Positions 1-12,281 of a DNA stretch of 64,000 nucleotides are shown here, in pieces. The position numbers and the translations under genes are program-made. The notes under the pieces were generated by a model that did not search any database, was not told the origin of the DNA, and saw only the letters and a program-made list of their open reading frames with translations. Origin of the DNA: Squalus acanthias. Taxonomy: Eukaryota. The stretch covers positions 17,176,001-17,240,000 of the forward strand of contig CM059432.1 in NCBI GenBank assembly GCA_030390025.1. The letters run 5' to 3'. Numbering within the stretch: the first letter of the stretch is position 1; each line of letters starts with the position of its first letter.

Positions 1-112
1 TGTGAAGACCAACTATGGTGTGGGTAAAATTGCATTGACACAGAAGCGACTGTTCCTTCTTATAGAGGGAAGACCTGGCTATGTTGAGATTGCCAAATTT
101 AGAGACATACAG
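1..112 (+). CDS. DENND3: DENND3 internal coding exon (5' end outside window)
   Basis: Frame from nt 2: [37 protein letters not shown], recognisable DENND3 sequence; donor CAG|GTAATG at 112/113, phase 0. Confidence 0.9.
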
Positions 113-253
113 GTAATGCTTTGGAATAGTTCATACGATTTAGGCTTTTTCTGAATGCTTTGTAATTCTTTTGTCTTTTTTAAAAAGCTCGACACAGGTA
201 GTGTGAAGCAGGGAACTGAAGCAGGGCCACTGCCCAATTATATAAGTTCAAGT

Positions 254-782
254 TCTTCCGTCTTCTTCTTCTTCTTCTTCTTCTTCTTAGGCAGTCCCTC
301 GGAACCGAGGATGACTTGCTTCCACATTAAAAATGAGTTCGCAGGTGACTGATGAGTCCAATGCGGGACCTACAGTCTCTGTCACAGGTGGGGCAGACGG
401 TGGTTGAAGGAGCAGGTGGGTGGGTGCTTGGGTTGACGTGCGCTGCCTGCGCTTGGCTTCCGCTTGCTCCCGGTGAAGAGACTCGAGGTGTTCGACGCCT
501 TCCCGGATGCTTCTCCTCCACTTTGTGCGGTCTTGGGCCAGGGATTCCCAGGTGTCGGTGGGGATGTTACACTTTTTCAAGGAGGCTTTGAGGGTGTCCT
601 TGAAGTGTTTCCTCTGCCCACCTGGGGCTCTCTTGCCGTGCCGGAGCTCCGAGTAGAGCGCTTGTTTTGGGAGTCTCGTATCGGGCATGCGGACAATGTG
701 ACCCGTCCATCGGAGCTGATCGAGCGTGGTCAAAGCTTCAATGCTGGGGATGTTGGCCTGAGCAAGAACACTGACGTTGGCC
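254..782 (-). mobile_element. RTE-clade LINE, 5'-truncated 3' fragment
   Basis: QLRWTGHIVRMPDTRLPKQALYSEL..GKRAPGGQRKHFKD, C-terminal CPTC..HLRTH zinc finger, (GAA)n tail. Confidence 0.88.
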
Positions 783-1188
783 AGAGTTGACAGGTTATTT
801 CATATGTAAATCAGCCAAGATACAGTAGCTTTGTTCTAAAGGGAGAATTTAATTAATCGCCCCTGAAAGAACAATGGATATTTTATCTGTAGAATCTAGT
901 CAGACATTTAAAAAAAAAGAATGGTTTCTTCTGTTGTCAAAAGAAAACACCAGATATGTGTTAGAAATGGTTCATATCTTAGTTGGTTGACCATTGAGAT
1001 CCTTTGATCTTTAGATAAACATATAATTGGGCTTCCAGAGATGGGAAGTAAAGAAATTAGTTTAAAAAAAGCTCAATCACCCCTGTAGTCACTTTTGATC
1101 AGATGGAGGTGAGAGGAGATTTGATGTTTTACTGTCCCTTTATGCTTTTTATATGATTCTTGATAGCACAAATTAATATTAGCTATAT

Positions 1189-1637
1189 GGGCAACACGGT
1201 GGCATAGTGGTTAGCACTGGTGCCTCACAGCGCCAGGGACCCGGGTTCGAATCTGGCCTCGGGTGACTGTCTGTGTGGAGTTTGCACATTCTCCCCGTGT
1301 CTGCGTGGGTTTCCTCCGGGTGCTCCGGTTTCCTCCCACAGTCTAAAAATGTGCGGGTTAGGTTGATTTGGCTATGATAAATTGACCCGTAGTGTTAGGG
1401 GGGGATTAAATATGTGGGGTTACGGGGATAGGATGGGATATGTTAGGGGGAACTAAATACGTGGGGTTACGGGGATAGGGTGGGATATGTGTCGGTGCAG
1501 GCTCGATGGGGATTCTGTGTGAGAAAGCAGGGACAGGGTACTGGATTTGGATGATCAGTCATGATCGTATTGAATGGTGGAGCAGGCTCGACGGGCCGAA
1601 TGGCCTACTCCTGCTCCTAGTTTCTATGTTTCTATGT
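1189..1637 (+). mobile_element. tRNA-derived V-SINE (HE1-like) with CR1-derived tail
   Basis: A box TGGCATAGTGG, B box GGTTCGAATC, V-domain core (GTGGAGTTTGCACATTCTCCCCGTGTCTGCGTGGGTTTCC), CR1-type 3' end and (TTTCTATG)n tail. Confidence 0.88.
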
Positions 1638-1704
1638 CACCGCTGAAGTGTTTCATTGAACAATGTCTCTTTTTTATTGTCATTTTTTTCCTCTCAATTG
1701 TTAG

Positions 1705-1872
1705 GACCTTGAAAACATATCAGTGATGTTTTTCCCACTTCGAATCCCTGCTCTAAAAATTAAAACCACTCTGAAGGAGCCATTTGTAGGAAACCTGAAG
1801 AATGAACGTGACCTTTGGCAACTAATTGTGAAGGAAATGTGGGCTGGGAAAACAATGGCAGATAAGCACAAG
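1705..1872 (+). CDS. DENND3: DENND3 coding exon
   Basis: TTAG| acceptor; DLENISVMFFPLRIPALKIKTTLKEPFVGNLKNERDLWQLIVKEMWAGKTMADKHK; donor AAG|GTTTGA; 168 nt, phase 0-0. Confidence 0.9.
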
Positions 1873-2119
1873 GTTTGATAGTCTTTTTGAAATGCTTGGT
1901 ATTTTAAATTTGTTTTATGACACTTACATAATCCAAATCCCTAATTGACTCCAATGGATATACCAACTATCCTCATTTGGCAAGAATCTCATGCGAAGTT
2001 GTGATCTTTTGACTGTGTTTAGGTCTCTTGCTTGCACTATGCCAGCACATTCTGGCTTTGCGTTATTCTTTTGATTTCTCTTGCTGGAGAGCTAGAGATA
2101 ACACAAATATTGTATGAAG

Positions 2120-3010
2120 GCATGTCTTTAAGAGAATCCATAGCAACAGTGGGTGCAGAAGCTGTGGATGGATTTGAAGACCAGGACAAGGATTTTAAAT
2201 TGGTTGCATTAGAGGACAGGGAGACGACGTAGGCCAGCAAGGATTGGTGGAACTGATGAATGAGGAAGACTTGGTGTAGAACAGGAGGCGACATCTGCAT
2301 CTTGGGCAAGCAGGAGTTTATGGAGATTGAATGATGGAAAGCCAGCAAAGAGTGGGAGTAATCAAATCTGGAGGTGACAGAAGTGTGCATAAGGGTTTCA
2401 GCAGCAGAGAGGCCTGATAGAGGCGGAGATGGGCAACATTACAGAGGTGGAAGTAAGCGGACTTGAAGGGGATGTGGGGTATGAAGCTCTGAACAAGGCA
2501 AAACATGATGAGGTGGTGCATGGTTTTGTTTTCCTAAGCAAGTGCCTGGGGAGTTGGGTAGCATCAGTGACAAAGGAGTGCAGGCACTTAAAATGATAGC
2601 TTTGATGTTGAGCTGAAGGAAGTTGTGACTCATTCAAAACAATGTCAGACAGGCAGTCCAACAGCACAGAAGTGGTTGTGGAATTGAGAGCTAGATCTGG
2701 GTGTCATCAGCATAAATATGGAAGTTGACCCCATACCTGGGATGATATAATCAACGGGCAGTGCACAGAGAAGAAAGACTGGGGGGTGGGGGCACCAATG
2801 ATCGATCATTTGGCGACTTGCAAGGTGACGGTGCCAGGGAGAGAGGAAAAGCCAATGTTGGAGGTGTGCTGGCTTCGTCCATATAGCTAAAAATGGAACC
2901 ATGCAAGAACAGGCACTTGGAGCTGGGTGGTGGAGGAGGATGACTCAGTTAATTGTGACATGGGGAGAGGTTGGAGGGCAAGGAGGGATAATGCACCACT
3001 GTCGCAATCA
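2120..3010 (-). mobile_element. Degenerate L2-clade LINE fragment
   Basis: Minus-strand remnants resembling the RT core and VTSRFDY; boundaries approximate. Confidence 0.6.
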
Positions 3011-3514
3011 TAATCACGGCAGATTTCAGTCACGATTTTGGTTATGTGCATGAAAGTGCATTACAGTTTTCCAAGATTATCAGACTCTTCTGTACACGAA
3101 CAATCCTGTGCAGAAGCTAATCTAATTTGACTACATCTTGTTTTGGAGAATATGTGCTTGTGTCACAAATATCCTAAATCCATATTATGTACTTAAAAAA
3201 AAAAAAAATCCTTTTCACTGTATAACAATATATATTCAGCAATGTTGGAGTAGGGTTCAGAAACATTTCAGATATTTTAGGAATGCTGGGGTTCATGGGA
3301 GCTCATCTGGATATTCTTAGATGAAAAATATAGATTCTAGACTGCTAAGTAATTCTTCTAAAATCTTGCAACCTAGATCATCTTCATTTCTGTAATCTAA
3401 TGAATTAATGTGGAAGCCAGTTTCATTGTATTATCTCAATATTTTCAAGACTTCAGCAGTGCATAATTGTCTAATTTGTCAACAGCAGTGAATGTTTTTT
3501 AACTTCATTTTTAG

Positions 3515-3644
3515 GACCCGCAGTACATTCAGCAAGCACTAACAAATGTTCTGTTGATGGATGCTGTGGTTGGATGCATGCAGTCACCTCGAGCTATTTA
3601 TGCAGCTTCCAGATTAGCTTATTTTGACCAAATGAAGAATATGG
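3515..3644 (+). CDS. DENND3: DENND3 coding exon
   Basis: TTTTTAG| acceptor; [43 protein letters not shown]; donor G|GTAGGA; 130 nt, phase 0-1. Confidence 0.9.
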
Positions 3645-4105
3645 GTAGGAATAATGAAATCTTTGTTATTTTTACTGCTTTCTATTTTTTTATAGCAATC
3701 TTGTTTCCAGACACGAGGTCACCATTAATTGCTTATTACAAGTAAAACGTAAATATAAGTACAAATATTGGCCAATATTGACTTGTTTAAAGATTGTAAT
3801 GACAGCACAGTACACTCATAAACCCAAACCCATTTTAATTACCACATCTAAATTACAAAAAAAACCTGCAAATGCTCAATCTAAAATAAGAACAGAAAAT
3901 GCTTGAAATACACAATTGGTCCATGCAAAGAGACTAGATAGTTAATGTTCATGGGTGTAGCATTCTCCTGTGTCTAAACTCAAAATGTACTCAACCTTTA
4001 TTTTATTCCCCATTTCAGATGCTGACTAATTTGCTGTGCATTCCCAGCATTTTCTAATATTAGACTTTTGTGTCTAACTTCAGTTTTATTGTGAATTTAT
4101 TCTAG

Positions 4106-4204
4106 TGGTTCCGAAAACAACTTCAGAGACTTTAAAACACAAGATAAATCCTTCTGCTGGTCAAACTAGCCCTCAGGCTGTGAATGCGCTCTTGTATACA
4201 CCAG
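4106..4204 (+). CDS. DENND3: DENND3 coding exon
   Basis: TTCTAG| acceptor; (V)[32 protein letters not shown](G); donor G|GTAAGA; 99 nt, phase 1-1. Confidence 0.92.
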
Positions 4205-5722
4205 GTAAGAATAAATCAATTATTTTGGGTAACTAGATACTGCAGAAGTGTGTTTATATAATAGTCTTATGCATCAAACCTTCTAAAATTGAACAGGTTT
4301 GTTTTGGTCTGAAGGGGATTTCACAGGGCCATCAATCTGCACTGTTTTATGTTCCAAAATATTAAAATGCATGAAATACAACTAATCAGTGAGAACTAAA
4401 AGGAATCACTCTTAAACGGCCCCATCTGTATGGCTCAGTAGCAAAGGAGAAAATAAATACTCACTTGCTGATTACTATCCAGCCTGTCTTTTGGAAGTTT
4501 TGTCTGCATTAGACAAGGTTGTATTGGCCTTGTACAGTGAGAATATCCAAGCAGTATGTTCTAACCAAGTTTACCCAAGAAAAGGTGAAGTACAAAATGA
4601 TAATTGCCACCAGTGAATTCCAGCACAAATTGCTGCCTTCAGGAGAGAAAAGTAAGGGGGGGATAAATGTTAGGAGGGGTGAGGAAATCTTACCACTGTA
4701 TAGGTTGTGCAAAATATTTTTTTTGATTCTCAGTTTCTAACCTAATTAAATAGAGAAGTATAAGGTTTAAAATCATGTTCAAAACAGTACTGTAAGCGGC
4801 AGCAATAATGTAAAGAATTCTGACCAGTTTGTATTGCTGAACTGACCTCATGCCTATAGATCTGACGATAGAGCCAGAGAAAAATGAAAGAGGAAGCAAG
4901 AATAGATTTACTTTAAGTGAAAGAAATTCGGAAAGTCATAATCAAATTGTATAGTGCTCTGGTCAGACCACATCATAGTACCGGACAATACAGATCACCA
5001 ACTGGACTGCAGTCCCCAAGGGATAATCAAAAAACAAATGTACATATACACCTGTTGGACACTGGAGAGTTTCCAAAAATCATAGTCCAAAGTGGGTAAC
5101 CTCCTCTATCAGTATGTATATGGTTATCATCTGTACCATTTTCGTTTAGTTTTGACACCCACAAACTCTTCTGGGAAGGAGGATTTGAGGTAACAGAGGC
5201 TAATGTGCTACTCTCCTCCAGACATCATGCTGGGGACATCTGAATTTTTTTTTTAAAGAAAGTGATAGTGAAATTGATAAGAATTATAGTTCCATCAATA
5301 ACGGAGCAGACCAAACACCCATAGCCAGTGGAAATATGGGTTCTCGTGTATATTCTCTGCTACATGGAGGAAGTTCTGTTCCCAATCATTTCCACGGGAG
5401 AGAGGAAGATGGGGACAAACCATCAAGAGTGCACATTTTTAGACCCCAGCTCCAAATACACAGATGTTTAAAGTTAGAGGTTCCTTAAGCCTCAATAGTT
5501 CCAGGGATCCTTGCCCTTGGAGTGGGAACTTTCCTCCGGATCGCGTGTAGACCAGAGCAGGCAATTTTCATTAGATTCCTTATGGCTGCATCCCTGTGGA
5601 TAACGATCACATCAGTAGCTTTTATATGGTGAAGACTTGAGCTAGTGGCACTGGCTGCAAGCCAAATGTAAGTTTGCTAATATTCACTAAAGTCGGCAGC
5701 TGGGAAGACTCTACAAAAATGG

Positions 5723-6126
5723 AACAACAACAGAAAATGCTGGAAGCTCTCGGCAGGTCAGGCAGCATCGTGGAGAGAGAAACAGAGTTTCAGGTCGATG
5801 ACCCTTCGTCAGAACTGGAAAAAGTTGGAGAAGTAACAGATTTTTAAGCAAGTGTAGGGGCAGGGAAAGGGAGGAGGGGAGGGGAGGAAAGAACAAAGGG
5901 AAAGTCTGTGATAGGATGGAAGGCAGGAGAGATTAAAAGACAAAAGGGATGATATGGTGCAAGGCAAAAGCAGATGGTAATGGGACAAGTTAAGAAACAA
6001 AAGATGACTCTAGATGAGGTGTTATTGACAATGGCAGAATCATCAACAGCTGCCATGTGACAGAAAAAAGAAAACAGGGGCCGAGGTTATAGTCTGAAAT
6101 TGTTGAACTCGATGTTGAGTCCAAAG
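5723..6126 (-). mobile_element. Penelope-like element, 3' terminal fragment
   Basis: Homologous to the 3' end of the PLEs at 47744 and 53403; 13-bp TSD TCTACAAAAATGG (5710-5722, 6127-6139). Confidence 0.85.
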
Positions 6127-6418
6127 TCTACAAAAATGGGCCTTGCAGAATTCCGGTGAGTTTACTTTTTTGCAGTCGATTACACATGATCTTTGTATTG
6201 GGGTCTGCTGCCACTAACATGGTCTTAGCACAATATAAAAGCAGCTAAGTAATTGATATATACAAGTTGTCAACATCTAACTCTAAAATAGACAGGAAAT
6301 ACAAAGACATGGCTGAACCCGTGTGCAATATATCAGTTGCAGACTCAACAGTTGTATTTCAGGTCTTCTGACATGGAAAATTTAACATGGAAGAGATAAC
6401 TCTAAGCTTTAAGACATT

Positions 6419-7162
6419 GGGCCAAAAATTGATGCCGCTACGCGAGAGTACGCACTGCGTACTCTCGCATATTCTCTCTCCAATTGCCGGTTTTCTGCAT
6501 GCACTGCGCATGCGCTGAAAACCGGCACTTGGTCTTTGGAAAAGGGGGCGGTTCCTCGGTGCACCGCGTGCGCGCTACAGGCTGCGCGCACGCTGTGCAC
6601 TTAGTGCTTTGGATGCGCAGGTAAGGACGGAAGATTTTAGAAATGAAAAAAGGAGGAGTAAGACCCACTTTTAACAAGGTAAGTAGTGAATTAAGTATTA
6701 TTTTGAATTTTTTTTAACAGGTATATCTTTTTTAGAGACTTTAAAGACAGGTAAGTTTATTTTTATAACTTTTTAAAAGATTTTAAATTTTTTCAAAAAA
6801 TTTAATTTTTTATTTAAAATGGTTAATTTATTTAACGATACTTATTTTATTAATGTGATGGTTTTTAAAAAAATTTAATTGAGGTTTAGCTGTTATTTTG
6901 GGGGTGTGTAAGATTCATAGCTTTCACAGCACGTATGTGAAACTTATGAATGGAAGATGGTGTGCTGCCATTGGCTCTAACTGAGTCACGTGATCCCACA
7001 GCTCGCACGAATTCACTACGCCGGTGGGATACGCAAGCACTGCCCAGCTGATGTCTAGAACATCAAGTTCGTGCGAGCTGGATCTGAAAAAGCCAACGCG
7101 GAGTGAGAGATCGCGCCTGCTCCTTACCCCCGCGGGAACAGAGCGAGATCAATTTCTGGGCC
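6419..7162. mobile_element. Non-autonomous TIR element (possibly PIF/Harbinger-like MITE)
   Basis: 15-bp imperfect TIR GGGCCAAAAATTGAT / GGCCCAGAAATTGAT, 3-bp ATT flanks, GC-rich arms with AT-rich centre. Confidence 0.65.
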
Positions 7163-7174
7163 ATTGAATATATG

Positions 7175-7540
7175 CAGGTGGGCAGAGGAAACGCTTCAAG
7201 GGCACCCTCAAAGCCTCCTTTTAAAAAGTGCAACATTCCCACCGACACTTGGGAATCCCTGGCCCAAGACCGCACAAAGTGGAGGAGAAGCATCCGGGAA
7301 GGCGCCGAACACCTCGAGTCTCTTCGCCAGGAGCAAGCGGAAGCCAAACGCAAACCGCGGAAGGAGCACAAGTCAACCTAAGCACCCCACCCACCCGCCC
7401 CTTCAACCACCGTCTGCCCCACCTGTGACAGAGACTGTAGGTCCCGCATTGGACTCATCAGTCACCTGAGAACTCATTTTTAGTGTGGAAGCAAGTCATC
7501 CTCGGTTCCTAGGGACTGCCGAAGAAGAAGAAGAAGAAGA
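7175..7540 (+). mobile_element. RTE-clade LINE 3' fragment
   Basis: Highly similar to 254-782 in the opposite orientation; (GAA)n tail at 7521-7540. Confidence 0.88.
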
Positions 7541-7594
7541 TGATGTAGTTGGATATGCTCAGCTAACAAACTTATTAACAAATATCTAATCATA

Positions 7595-10500
7595 GGAACG
7601 GTAGCATAGTGGTTAGCTTATTGGACTAGTAATCCAGAGGCTTGGACTAATGATCCAGAGACACGAGTTCAAATACCACCACGGCAGCTGGTGAATTTAA
7701 ATTCAATTAATTAAATAAATCTGGAATAAAAGGCTAATATCAGTAATGGTGACCATAAAACTATCAGATTGTCGTAAAAACCCATCTGGTTATAATGTCC
7801 TTTAGGGAAGGAAATCTGTCATCCTGGTCTGGCTTATATGTGACTCCAGATCCACAGTAATGTGGTTGACTCTTAACTGCCCTCTGAAATGGCCTAGTAA
7901 GCCACTCAGTTGTACACAACCGCTACGAAAAACAATAACAAGAATAAAACTGGACGGACCCCTCGGCTTCGGACACGACAAAGACACACCCAGCCCAGTC
8001 GACCCTGCAAAGTCCTCCTCACTAACATCTGGGGACTTGTGCCAAAATTGGGAGAGCTGACATACTCACACTAACTGTGTAAGTACCTAATGTCCCAGAT
8101 TCCTCCATCACCATCCCTGGGTATGTCCTGTCCCACCAGAGGTGGGAGCACAGTGGTATACGGGAGGGAGTGGCCCTGGGAGTCCTCAACATTGATTCCG
8201 AACACCATTGCTCGGAAGCCTCCTTCTGATTACATCAGCTGATGAATCAGTACATGTTGAACACAGATGCACTCTGGGTGGGGGACTTCAACGTCCATCA
8301 CCAAGAGTGGCTCGGTAGCACCACTGCTGGCCGAGTCGTAAAGGACATAGCTGCCAGACTAGGACAGCGGCAGGTGGTGAGAGAACCAACACGAGGGAAA
8401 AAACGACCTGACCTCGTCCTCACCGATCTACCTGTCACAGATGCATCTGTCCATGACAGCATTGGTAGCTGTGACCACCGCACAGTCCTTGTGGAGATGA
8501 AATCTCGTCTTCACACTGAGGACACTACCACCGTGCTAAATGGGATAGATTCAGAACAGATCTAGCTGCTCAAAACTGGGCAACCATGAGGCAGCAGCAG
8601 AATTGTATTCTACCACAATCTGTAACAATCTGTAACCTCCTGGCCCGGCATATCCCTCACTCTACCATTACCATCAAGCCAGGGGACCAACACTGGTTCA
8701 ATAAGGAGTGTAGAAGAGCATGCCAGGAGCAGCACCAGGCGTACATAAAATGAGTTGCCAACCTGGGGAAGCTGCAACACCGCATGTATGCATGCTAAAA
8801 AGTGGAAGCAGCATGCTATAGACAGGGCTCAGCGATCCCACAATCAACGGATCAAATCAAAGCTCTGCAGTCCTGCCACATCCAGTCGTGAATGGTGGTG
8901 GACCATTAAACAACTAATGGGAGGGGAAGGCTCCATGAATATCCCCATCCTTAATGATGGTGGAGCCCAGCACGTGAGTGCAAAAGACAAGGCTGAAGCG
9001 TTTGCAACCATCTTCAGCCAGAAGTGCCGAGTGGATGATCCATATCTGCCTCCTCCTGAGGTCCCCACCATCACAGAAACCAGTCTTCAGCCAATTCGAT
9101 TCACTCCACGTGATATCAAGAAACGGCTGAGCGCACTGGATACAGCAAAGGCTATGGGCCCTGACAATATCCCAGCTGTCGTGCTGAAGACTTGCGCTCC
9201 AGAACTAGCCGCGCCTCTAGTCAAGCTGTTCCATTACAGCTACAACACTGGCATCTTCCCGACAATGTCCTGTCCACAAAAAGCAGGACAAATCCAATCC
9301 GGCCAATTACCACCCCATCAGTCTACTCTCAGTCATCAGCAAAGTGATGGAAGGTGTCATCGACAGTACTATCAAGCAGCACTTACTCACCAATAACCTG
9401 CTCACCGATGCTCAGTTTCATTTCCGCCAGGACCATTCGGCTCCCGACCTCATTACAGCCTTGGTCCAAACATGGACAAAGGAGCTGAATTCCAGAGGTG
9501 AGGTGAGAGTGACTGCCCTTGACATCAAGGCAGCATTTGATCGGGTGTGGCATCAAGGAGCTCTAGTAAAATTGAAGTCAATGGGAATCAGGGGGAAAAC
9601 GCTCCACTGGCTGGAGTCAGGCCTAGCACAAAGGAAGATTGTTGTGGTTGTTGAGGTCAATCATCTCAGCCCCAGGACATCGCTGCAGGAGTTATTCACG
9701 GCAGTGTCCTCGGCCCAACCATCTTCAGCTGCTTCATCAGTGACCTTCCCGCCATCATAAGGTCAGAAGTGGGGATGTTCGCTGATGACTCTGTTCAGTT
9801 CCATTTGCAACTCCTCAGATAATGAAGCAGTCCATGCCCGAATGCAGCAAGACCTGGATGACATTCAGGCTTGGGCTGATAAGCGGCAAGTAAAATTCGC
9901 GCCACACAAGTGCCAGGTAATGACTATCTCCAACAAGCAAGAGTCTAATCACCGCCCCTTGTCATTCAACAGCATTACCATCGTCTAATCCCCCACCATC
10001 AACATCCTGTGGGGGGGGGGTCACCATTGGCCAGGAACTTAACTGGACCAGCCACATCAATACTGTGGCTACAAGAGCAGGTCATAGGCTGGGTATTCTG
10101 CAGCAAGTGTCTCACCTCCTGACTCCCCAAAGCCTTTCCACCATCTACAAGGCACAAGTCAGGAGTGTGATGGAATAATCTCCACTTACCTGGATGAGTG
10201 CAGCTCCAACAACACTCAAGAAGCTTGACACCATCCAGGACAAAGCAGCCCGCTTGATTGGCACCCCATTAAACATTCACTCCCTCCACCACCAGCACAC
10301 CGTGGCTGCAGTGTGTACCATCTACAAGAAGCACTGCAGCAACTCGCCACAGCTTCTTCGGCAGCACCTCCCAAACCCGCGACCTCTACCACCTGCAGGC
10401 GCATGGGAACACCATCACCTGCAAATTCCCCTCCAAGTTACACACAATCCTGACTTGGAAATATATCGCCGTTCCTTCATCATCACTGGGTCAAAATCCT

Positions 10501-10666
10501 GGAACTCTCTCACTAACAGCACTGTGGGAGTACCTTCACCACAAGGACTGCAGCGGTTCAAGAAGGCGGCTCACCATCACCTTCTCAAGGGCAGTTGGGG
10601 ATGGGCAATAATTGCTGGCCTTGCCAGCGACACCCACATCCCAGGAACGATTAAAAAAAAAAAAAA
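7595..10666 (+). mobile_element. Near full-length CR1-group non-LTR retrotransposon (APE + RT, frameshifted) with tRNA-like 5' head
   Basis: APE motifs (GDFNVHH, DLVLT, GSCDH), RT (ALDIKAAFDRVWH, FADD), 3' end GGGATGGGCAATAA..CCCACATCCC plus poly(A). Confidence 0.88.
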
Positions 10667-11824
10667 TGCTGGCAGGCTTATTGGGCAGGATTTGTTCACT
10701 CTAGTCAGTTTCTAAAACAGATCAGGGCATTTTCCAAAGTTTAACTACAGCAAGGCAAATTGGTCTGTGCGCTTATCAGCAATATCCTTTGATTTAAATG
10801 TCTTACACTGCAGACTGCCTTACGTGCGCTTCATGATGTGGAGCAGTATTGTTTAGGGACAAGTGGAGGAACTGCTGGAATCTTAAAACCCAGAAGAATA
10901 TGTGTTATAATGGGATAGCTTTAAGATACTTGATCTTTCTTAAGAGCCCTCTCACTCAATAGACAGCCTATAGCTAAATCTCTCTACCAGATCTTTGTTA
11001 GAATGCACAGGAGCTCTAGGCAATACTATGTTAGAGCACCCCTACTTTTTTAGTAATATCCATCCCAGAGGTTCTCATTGGGGATCCTCCTGAAGATCTG
11101 AGCCAATGACTCATTCCCCTTCCAGCTCCGAACCAGAGAGGGTGCCACTTCGAGGAATATGCATCGATGAAAAAGAATTGGTGCGGACATGTAGATCCCA
11201 GAAAGAATGAGAGGGCTACCCTCTTCATTTCACAAACCCACCTCTTTTGGTGGTGTGGCTAGATCTCACCATTTGGGTCAAGAAATCATTCTCGTATTGT
11301 TGTATCTGCCTCCTCACAAATCAAAATTGAGACATGGTTTCCGCTATGTAAATACTACTGAGATATTGACCTAGGTTTTCCAATCAGTTATGCCTGATAA
11401 ACGGGCAAAACTGAGGTGGAAATTGAGTGGAGCTCAGGGATGCTGAATGTCGATCTATTTAGCACCATGTCCAAGTTACTGACACTAAATTTGAAGGGCT
11501 CTAGAAACCAATGCCAGTTCATTGTTTGGATCCAAGCAGATGAGGTCAAAATACCTTGTTGTGTCATGCATGCAATTTCCTGTCTTTCTGCTGGCTTAGC
11601 GGTGTGCCTTGCTAGGAACTGTGCTTTTTTCTTTAACCAAAGCAGCTTAAAGAACCTTGTAAAAAGATTGGTATGAGAATTTGGTGGTTATTTCTGCAGT
11701 TATTCTTGTGTTTTTCCTGTTGCCACTTGGGTTGTGAGGAGTCTTGTGGCAATTGTTCAGGGCGTACCATTTTTCAACGACTACAGTAACACAGTGGGTT
11801 AGTAAAGGCACACTCCAGGTTGTA

Positions 11825-12281
11825 GAGTCAGCTGCGGCTCAGTGGGTAGCACACTCGCCTCTGAGTCAGAAGGTTGTGGGGTCAAGTCCCACTCCAGGGA
11901 CCTGAGCACACAAAGCTAGGTTGACACTCCAGTACAGTGCTGAGGGAGTGCTGCACTGTCGGAGGTGCCGTCTTTCGGATGAGATGTTAAACCGAGGCCC
12001 CGTCTGATCTCTCAGGTGGACGTAAAAGATCCCGCGGCACTATTTCGAAGAAGAGCAGGGGAGTTATCCCCGGTGTCCTGGCCAATATTTATCCCTCAAC
12101 TAGCATAACAAAAACAGATTATCTGGTCATTATCACATTGCTGATTGTGGGAGCTTGCTGTGTGCAAATTGGCTGCCGCATTTCCCACATTACAACAGTG
12201 ACTCCACTTCATTGGCTGTAAAGCGCTTTGAGACGTCTGGTGGTCGTGAAAGGCGCTATATAAATGCAAGTCGTCGTCTTC
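11825..12281 (+). mobile_element. DeuSINE (SacSINE1-like), full length
   Basis: tRNA-like head, Deu domain (CTGAGGGAGTGCTGCACTGTCGGAGGTGCCGTCTTTCGGATGAG), L2-type tail AAAGGCGCTATATAAATGCAAGT. Confidence 0.85.

Noticed and set aside
1189..1262. tRNA-like sequences (also at 7595, 11825, 31553, 34400-34479, 55205-55280)
   Set aside because: Each continues directly into a SINE or LINE body; they are retroposon heads, not tRNA genes.
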